NCBI RefSeq assembly: GCF_006345805.1
Contig: NC_043013.1
Location: forward strand, 19,158,001-19,222,000
DNA: 64,000 nt
DNA from: Octopus sinensis
Lineage: Eukaryota
Direction of reading: 5' to 3'
Of this stretch, positions 52,984 through 61,900 are shown piece by piece. The position numbers and the translations under genes are program-made. Within the stretch, counting starts at the first letter, position 1; each line of letters begins with the position of its first letter. The notes beneath the pieces were generated by a model. The model ran no database searches. It saw only the letters and a list, made by a program, of their open reading frames with translations, and was not told the DNA's origin.

Positions 52984-55900
52984 CGCATACACACATACAG
53001 ACGCACACACACACAGACGCTCGTACACAGACAGACACACACACACACACACACAAACATACATACACGCACGCACACAAACACACAAACATATACCAGA
53101 AACATGATTGCAAACCAAACTTCTAAACAATGATGCTCTGTGAGCGTGTACATAATTTTATACTTACTGATTCTTGGGAAAGACGTAGTAATAACTGGAG
53201 TTGTGGTTTTCTGTTCCGGAAGCAAGGTCGTCGTGGGAGTTTGGTGAGACGAAAGGGTTGAAGGCACAGGGTTTTTTGGGAAAGTTGTTGCTGGATATTT
53301 CACAGTGGTACTTGGTGGTACTTCTGTTGAAGTTGGTCCTGTTGGTAACTGGGTTCGTTCCGTGTTGCGAGACATCGTTCTTTGTTGTGTAGCGGTTGTT
53401 GTTGTTGCAATTTTTGCAGTACTTTTGTTCGGTGTTGTTGCTTTCGTGGGTACTATTATCGCTTTTGCTGATGTTCTTGATACTGTTGTAGATTTTGTTG
53501 CTGTTGTTGGTATTGTTGTTGGCACTGTTGTTGATTTTCTTGTTGTTGGTACTGTTGAAGTACTTGTCGTTGGTACTGTTCTAGAGTTTGCTGTGGTTGG
53601 TACTGTTGTGGATGTTATTGGTGTCGTTGGTACTGTTGCATGTTTTGTTGTTAGTTCTGCTACGGTGTCGATTGTCGTTGGTACTGTCGTGGAGGTTATT
53701 GGTATCGTTGGTACTATTGTGGGGTTTGTTGTTGGTACTGTTGTAGTGTTTGTTATTAATGTGGGTACTATTATAGATTTTACTGATGTTGTTGATACTG
53801 TTGTAGGTTTTGTTGCTGTTGTTGGTATTGTTGTTGGCACTGTTGTTGATTTTGTTGTTGTTGGTACTGTTGAAGTACGTGTCGTTGGTACTGTTCTAGA
53901 GTTTGCTGTTGTTGTTGGTACTGTTGTGAATGCTATTGGTGTCGTTGGTACTGTTGTGAATGCTATTGGTGTCGTTGGTACGGTTTTTAGGTTAGTTGTC
54001 GTTGGTACTGTTGTATGTTTTGTTGTCGTTGGTACTGTCGTGAAGGTTATTGGTGTCGTTGGTACTATTGTGGGGTTTGTTGTTGGTACTGTTGTGGTCT
54101 TTGTTGTCTTTGGTCCTGTTGTGAGGTGTGTAGTTGTTGGTACTGTTGCGTGGTTTGCTGTTGTTATTGGTACTATAGCGGATGTTATTGTTGTTGGTAC
54201 TGTTGTGGGGTTTGTTGCTGTTGTGCTGTTTGCTGTCGTTATTACGGTTGTCGAGATTGTCGTTGTTGGTACTGTCGAGGGCTTTGTTGTTGTTGTTGGT
54301 ATTGTTGTGACTTTTGCTGTTGTTGGTACAGTTGTAGTGGTTGTTATTGTTGTTGGTACTGTTGTGGGTTTCGTTTTTGTGGTTGGTACCTTTGTGGTTT
54401 TTATTGTCGATGGTAGTGTTGTCGGATTTGATGTTGTTGGTACTATTGTGGGCTTCGTTGTCACTCGATTTGTTTCGGCTGTCACTGTTGATATTGTTGT
54501 TTGTGATTTCAGTGTTGTTGGTGGCATTGTTCCCGTTGTTGGTACAATTGTGGTGGTTGCAGCTGTTGTTGTTGTTGGTACAAATGTAGCCTGCCTCATT
54601 GTTGATTTTGGTACAGGTGAGGACTTTGTGGTCTGCCTTGTTGTTGTTGTTGGCGTAGAATCAAGGGCAGCAGTTGACAGCATTTTTGATCGTGCTGATG
54701 TTGCAGACCCTGTGGAAAATATTATTTCTGTCGTGCTTATGTTTGTTAGATTAGCAGTGGTTGTCGTTGTCGGTGGCACACTTTTAGTAACTGCACTTGG
54801 CACTGATGTATTTGTTGCTAGTTCGGTGGAGGATGTGGATGGTTGTGTTGCAATTATTGTTGCTGAGGTTGTGTTTGATATTGCAGTTTGTTTAGCCGTT
54901 GTACTTTGTGGTGTTGTGTTTGTTAATTCTGCTGTGCTTTTTGATGTGTCAGTTGTGATATGTCTTAGTTCTGTTCTGGTCGTTGATATTTGTACAGTTT
55001 TGGTTTTTGTTGGTAGTGATGTGGTTGTTGGTAGCGTAGTTCTTGTGGGTAGATTTGTAGTGGTTTTTGTCGTCCTTAGATTTGAAGATGTGCTTGATGT
55101 TGCTTCTGTTGTGGTTGTTGTTGGCACTGAAGATGCTGCAGCAGTGAGAACAGATCTGGTTGGTAATGTAGGATGCATTGTTTCAATTGGTTGTGCAGTG
55201 GTTGTTGTCTTTGATGTGGTTGTTGGAATTGTTGTGGTTGTTGGCTTTGCTTTAGTTATTGGTTCTGTTGTGATTTTTTGTATCGTTGTAGTTGTTGGTC
55301 TTACTGTGGTTGTTGGGTTTGTTGTGGCTGATAGTTTTGTTGCGATTGTAGGATATGTTGTGGTTGTTGGTTCTGTTGTGGCTGTTGGCTCTGTTGTTGT
55401 TGGTTCTGTTGTGGCTGTTGGCTCTGTTGTTGGTTCTGTTGTGGTTGTTGGCTCTGTTGCTGTTGGTTCTGTTGTGGCTGTTGGCTCTGTTGTTGTTGGT
55501 TCTGTTGTGGCTGTTGGCTCTGTTGTTGTTGGTTCTGTTATGGATGTTCGTTCTGTAGTGTCCCTTGATTTTCTTGTAGTTCTTGGTTCATTCGCAGTTG
55601 TTGATTGTGTAGTGTACGCTGGCTTCATTGTGGTCGTTGGATGTGTTGTGCTTGTTGTTTCTATTGTGGCTGTTTGTTCTTTTGTGGTTGCTAGTTTTGC
55701 TGCGGTTTCTACTGTTTCTCTAGTTGTTATTGCTTGTATTGTGGCTATAGCTTCTGTTGACAATGTTGGTTCTGTTACGATTGTGGGGTTTTTAGGGGAT
55801 GTTGGTTCTCTTATGCTTGTTGGTTTAGCTGTGATTGTTGCTTTTGTTGTGGTTCTTGTTGCTATAGTGGTAGATGCTTCTACTGTGTTTGTGGGTCCTG

Positions 55901-58900
55901 TTGTAGTTATGGATTTCCTTGTGGCGGCAGATTTTGCTGGGGTTGTTGGTTTTGTTGTGGCTGTCATCTGTGTTGTTGTTGTTGTTGGTTTTGCTGTAAT
56001 TGTTGTTTTTGTTGTGGCTGTTGTTCGCGCTGCTGTTGTGGCTGTCGGTTCTGTTGTGGTTGTTGGTTCTATTGTGGTTGATGGATTTGGTGTGGTTGTT
56101 GCTATTATTGTGGTCGTTGGTTGTGGTGTGGTTCTTTGCGCTGTTGTGGCAGTTGGTTCTGTTGTGATTATTGGTTTTGTTCCGATTGTTGGTATTGTTG
56201 TGGTTGCTGAGTCTGTAGTGGTTTTTGAACTTCTGGTTGTCGGTTCTGATGTCGTGGTCGGTGCTGCTTTGGTTGTTGGTAGTGTTGTGCTTGTTGGTTT
56301 TGCTGTGGTTGTTGGTATTGTGGTTGTCAGTTCTGGTGTGGTTGTTGGTTCTGTTGCTGTTTTTGGTACAGTTGTGGTTGTCGATTCTGTTGTGGTTGTT
56401 GGTTCTGGTGTGAATGTTGGTGATGTGATTGTCGGTTCTTTTGTGGTACTTGGTTGTTTTGTCGTTGCTGGTTGTGTTGTGGTTGCAGGCAATTTTGTGG
56501 TTGTTGGCATTGTTGGAGTTGTGGGTTCCGGTGTGGTGGTTGGCGCTGTTGTGGTAGTTGGTGCTGTTGTGGTTGTTGCTTTTGTTGTGGTGGTTGGTAT
56601 TGTTGTGGCTGTCGGTTCTATTGTGCTTGTTGGCATTGTTGTGGTTGTTGGTATTGTTGTGGATCTTGAGAGTGTTGTGGCTGTTGGTTTCGTTGTGGTT
56701 GTTGGTCCTGTTGTGGTTGTAGGTTCTGTTGTGATTGTTGGTTCTGTTCCGGTGGTTGATTCCCTCGTCGTTTTCGGTTCTGTTGTGGTATTTGTTACAG
56801 TTCTGGCTGTAGTTTCTGTTGTAATTGTTGGTTCTGTTGTGGTTGTTGATTCTGTTGTAGTTGACGGTGTTGTTGTGGTTTCTGGTTGTGTTTTGGTTGT
56901 CTGTTTTGTTGTTGTTGTTTGTCTTGGTGTGGTTGTTGGTCCTGTTGTAGTTGTAGGTTCTGTCAGGGTTGTTGGTTCTGTTATGGTGGTTGATAATTTT
57001 GTCGGTTTTGGTTCTGTAGTGATTTTTGTTAGTGTTGTGGTTTTTGGTCTTGTTGTGGTTGTTAGCATTGTTGTAGTTGTAGTTTCAGTTGGTGTTGTTG
57101 GCTCTGTTGTGGGGGTTGGTTCTGTGGTTGTTGTTGTTGGTTCTGTTGTGGTTGTAATTTCTGTAGTCGGTGATGGTTCTATTGTGGTTGCTCGTTCTGT
57201 TGCGTTTGTTGGTTCTGTTTTAGTTGTAGTATCTGTTGTGGTTTTTGGTTTTGTTGCGAGTGTAGTTTTTCTTGTTGTTGTTGGTTCTATTATTGGTATT
57301 GTTGTGGTTGTTGGTATCGTTGTGGTTGTTGGTTCTGTTGAGGTTATTAGTATTGTTGTGGTCGTTGGTATTGTTGTGGTTGTGGGTTCTGCTGTGTTTG
57401 TGATTTCTGTTGTGGTTGTAAGTTCTGTTGTGGTTGTGGGTTCTGTTGTGGTTGTTGGTATTGTTGTGGTTGTTGGCATTGTTGTGGTCGTTGGTATTGT
57501 TGTGGTTGTTGGTTCTGTTGTGGATGTGGGTTCTGTTGTGGTTGTTGGTATTGTTGTGGTTGTTGGCATTGTTGTGGTCGTTGGTATTGTTGTGGTTGTT
57601 GGTTCTGTTGTGGTTGTGGGTTCTGTTGTGGTTATTGGTATTGTTGTGGTCGTTGGTATTGTTGTGGTCGTTGGTATTGTTGTGGTTGTGGGTTCCGTTG
57701 TGGTTGTGGGTTCTGTTGTGGTTGTTGGTATTGTTGTGGTTGTTAGTATTGTTGTGGTTTTTGGTTCTGTTGCGGTTGTGAGTTCTGTTGTGGGTGTTGG
57801 TATTGTTGTGGTTGTTGGTATTGTTGTGGTTGTTGGTATTGTTGTGGTTGTTGGTATTGTTGTGGTTGTTGGTATTGTTGTGGTTGTTGGTTCTGTTGTG
57901 GTTGTGGGTTCTGTTGTGGTTGTGGGTTCTCTTGTGGTTGTTGGTATTATTGTGGTTGTTGGTATTGTTGTGGTTGTTGCTTCTTTTGTGGTTGTTGGTA
58001 TTATGGTTGTTGGTTCAGTTGTGGTTGTGGGTTCTGTTTTGGTTATTGGTATTGTTGTGGTCGTTGGTATTGTTGTGGTTGTGGGTTCTGTTGTGGTTGT
58101 GGGTTCTGTTGTGGTTGTTGGTATTGTTGTGGTTGTTGGTATTGTTGTAATTGCTGGTTCTTTTGTGGCTGTTGGTATTCTGGTTGTTGGTTCTGTTGTG
58201 GTTGTGGGTTCTGTTGTGGTTATTGGTATTGTTGTGGTCGTTGGTATTGTTGTGGTTGTGGGTTCTGTTGTGGTTGTGGGTTCTGTTGTGGTTGTTGGTA
58301 TTGTTGTGGTTATTGGTATTGTTGTGGTCGTTGGTATTGTTGTGGTTGTTGGTATTGTTGTGGTGGTTGGTTCTGTTGTGGTTGTCGGTAGTGTTGTGGT
58401 GGTTGGTTCTGTTGTGGTTGTTGGTATTGTTGTGCTTGTGGGTTTGGTTGTGGTTGTGGGTTCTGTTGTTGTTGTTGCTATTGTTGTGGTTGTTGGTATT
58501 ATTGTAGTTGTTTGTTCTTTTGTGGTTGTTGGTACTTTTGTGGTTGTTGGTATTGGTGTGGTTGTTGGTTCTGTTGTGGTTGTTGGTTCTGTTCTAGTTG
58601 TGAGTTCTGTTGTGTTTGTGGGTTCTGTTGTGGTTGTTGGTATTGTTGTGGTTATTGGTATTGTTGTGGTTGTTGGTATTGTTGTGGTTGTTGGTATTGT
58701 TGTGGTTGTTGCTTCTTTTGTGGTTGTTGGTATTATGGTTGTTGGTTCTGCTGTGGTTGTGGGTTCTGTTGTGGTTATTGGTATTGTTGTGGTCATTAGT
58801 ATTGTTGTGGTTGTGGGTTCTGTTGTGGTTGTTGGTATTGTTCTGGTTGTGAGTTCTGTTGTGTTTGTGGGTTCTGTTGTGGTTGTTGGTATTGTTGTGG

Positions 58901-61900
58901 TTATTGGTATTGTTGTGGTTGTTGGTATTGTTGTGGTTGTTGCTTCTTTTGTGGTTGTTGGTATTGTGGTTGTTGGTTCTGTTGTGGTTGTGGGTTCTGT
59001 TGTGGTTGTGGGTTCTGTTGTGGTTATTGGTATTGTTGTGGGCATTGGTATTGTTGTGGTCGTTGGCATTGTTGTTGTTGTGGTTCTGTTGTGGTTGTGA
59101 GTTCTGTTGTGTTTGTGGGTTCTGTTGTGTTGTGGGTTCTGTTGTGGTTGTTGGTATTGTGTGGTTGTTGCTTCTTTTGTGTTTGTTGGTATTATGGTTG
59201 TTGGTTCTGCTGTGGTTGTGGGTTCTGTTGTAGTTATTGGTATTGTTGTGGTCATTGGCATTGTTGTGGTTGTGGGTTCTGTTGCAGTTGTGTGTTCTGT
59301 TGTGGTTTTTGGTATTGTTGTGGCTGTTGCTTCTTTTGTGGTTGTTGGTTCTGGTGTGGTTGTGGGTTCTGTTGTGGTCGTTGGTATTGTTGTGGTCGTT
59401 GGTATTGTTGTGGATTCTGCTGTAGTTTTGGGTTCTGTTGTGGTTGTTGGTACTTTTGTGGTTGTTGGTTCTGTTGTGGTTGTTGGTATTGTTGTGGTTG
59501 TTGGTATCGTTGTGGTTGTTGGTTCTGTTGAGGTTATTAGTATTGTTGTGGCCGTTGGTATTGTTGTGGTTGTGGTTTCTGTTGTGTTTGTGGGCTCTGT
59601 TGTGGTTGTAAGTTCTGTTGTGGTTGTTGGTATTGTTGTGGTTGTTGGTATTGTTGTGGTCGTTGGTATTGTTCTGGTTGTTAGTTCGGTTGTGGTTGTG
59701 GGTTCTGTTGTGGTTATTGGTATTGTTGTGGTCGTTGGTATTGTTGTGTTCGTTGGTATTGTTGTGGTTGTGGGTTCTGTTGTGGTTGTGGGTTCTGTTG
59801 TGGTTGTGGGTGCTGTTGTGGTTGTTGGTATTGTTGTGGTTGTTGGTATTATGGTTGTTGGTTCTGTTGTGGTTTTTGGTATTGTTGTGGTTGTGGGTTC
59901 TGTTGTGGTTGTGGGTTCTGTTGTGGATTTTGGTATTGTTGTTGTTGTTGGTATTCTTTTGGTTGTTGGTATTGTTGTGGTTGTTGGTATTGTTGTGGTA
60001 GTAACTTCTTTTGTGGTTGTTGGTATTGTGGTTGTTGGTTCTGTTGTGGTTGTGGGTTCTGTTGTGGGTGTTGGTATTGTTGTGGGCATTGGTATTGTTG
60101 TGGTCGTTGGCATTGTTGTTGTTGTGGGTTCTGTTGTGGTTGTGAGTTCTGTTGTGTTTGTGGGTTCTGTTGTGGTTGTGGGTTCTGTTGTGGTTGTTGG
60201 TATTGTTGTGGTTGTTGCTTCTTTTGTGTTTGTTGGTATTATGGTTGTTGGTTCTGCTGTGGTTGTGGGTTCTGTTGTAGTTATTGGTATTGTTGTGGTC
60301 ATTGGCATTGTTGTGGTTGTGGGTTCTGTTGCAGTTGTGTGTTCTGTTGTGGTTTTTGGTATTGTTGTGGCTGTTGCTTCTTTTGTGGTTGTTGGTTCTG
60401 GTGTGGTTGTGGGTTCTGTTGTGGTCGTTGGTATTGTTGTGGTCGTTGGTATTGTTGTGGATTCTGCTGTAGTTTTGGGTTCTGTTGTGGTTGTGGGTAC
60501 TGTTGTGGTTGTGGGTTCTGTTGTGGTTGTTGGTATTGTTGTGGTTGTTGGTATCGTTGTGGTTGTTGGTTCTGTTGAGGTTATTAGTATTGTTGTGGCC
60601 GTTGGTATTGTTGTGGTTGTGGTTTCTGTTGTGTTTGTGGGCTCTGTTGTGGTTGTAAGTTCTGTTGTGGTTGTTGGTATTGTTGTGGTTGTTGGTATTG
60701 TTGTGGTCGTTGGTATTGTTCTGGTTGTTAGTTCTGTTGTGGTTGTGGGTTCTGTTGTGGTTATTGGTATTGTTGTGGTCGTTGGTATTGTTGTGTTCGT
60801 TGGTATTGTTGTGGTTGTGGGTTCTGTTGTTGTTGTGGGTTCTGTTGTGGTTGTGGGTGCTGTTGTGGTTGTTGGTATTGTTGTGGTTGTTAGTATTGTT
60901 GTGGTTTTTGGTTCTGTTGTGGTTGTGAGTTCTGTTGTGGTTGTGGGTTCTGTTGTGGATTTTGGTATTGTTGTTGTTGTTGGTATTCTTTTGGTTGTTG
61001 GTATTGTTGTGGTTGTTGGTATTGTTGTGGTAGTAACTTCTTTTGTGGTTGTTGGTATTGTGGTTGTGGGTTCTGTTGTGGTTATTGGTATTGTTGTGGT
61101 CGTTGATATTGTTGTGGTCGTTTTTATTGTTGTGGTTGTGGGTTCTGTTGTGGTTGTGGGTTCTGTTGTGGTTGTTGGTATTGTTGTTGTTGTTGGCATT
61201 GTTGTGGTTGTCGGTTCTGTTGTGGTCGTTAATGTTGTGGTTGTAGGTTCTCTTGTGGTTGTGGGTTCTCTTGTGGTTGTTGGTATTGTTGTGTTTGCTG
61301 GTATTGTTGTGGTTGTTGGTATTGTTGTGGTTGTTGGTATTGTTGTGGTTGCGGGTTCTGTGGTGGTTGTGGGTTCTGTTGTGGTTGTTGGTATTGTTGT
61401 GGTTTTTGGTATTGGTGTGGTGGTTGGTTCTGTTGTAGTCGTTGGTGTTGTGGATGTAGGTTCTGTTGTGGTTGTGGGTTCTGTTGTGGTTGATGGAACT
61501 GTTGTGGTTGTTGGTTTTGTTGTGGTTATTGGTATTGTTGTGGTCGTTGGTATTGTTGTGGTCGTTGATATTGTTGTGGTTGTGGTTTCTGTTGTTGTTG
61601 TGGGTTCTGTTGTGGATGTGGGTTCTGTTGTGGTTGTTAATATTGTTGTAGTTGTTGGTATTGTTCTGGTTGTTGGTTCTGTTGTGGTTGTGGGTTCTGT
61701 TGTGGTCGTTGGTATTGTTGGGGTCGTTGGAATTGTTGTGGTTGTGGGTTCTGTTGTGGTCGATGGTATTGTGGTTGTTAGTTCTGCTGTGGTTGTGGGT
61801 TGTGTTGTGGTTAATGGTATTGTTGTGGTCGTTGGCATTGTTGTGGTTGTGCGTTCTGTTGTGATTTTGGGTTCTGTTGTGGTTGTGGGTTCTGTTGTGG

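Noticed and set aside
52803-53167. Hydrophobic C-terminal tail of the 3677-aa ORF (…[17 protein letters not shown]…) resembling a TM segment
   Set aside because: It lies after a strong GTAAGT donor and is mostly (TG)n/(TA)n microsatellite. The next exon (51459) joins in phase. An intron-retained short isoform cannot be excluded without RNA data.
53305-59100. 1931-aa Val/Gly-rich ORF on the + strand, plus many Leu/Trp- and Cys/Gly-rich ORFs over 54-64 kb
   Set aside because: Shadow frames of the Thr/Pro repeat. Stops in this frame need sense Tyr/His/Gln codons, which the mucin almost lacks. It breaks at the frameshift patch and has no independent splice or domain evidence.
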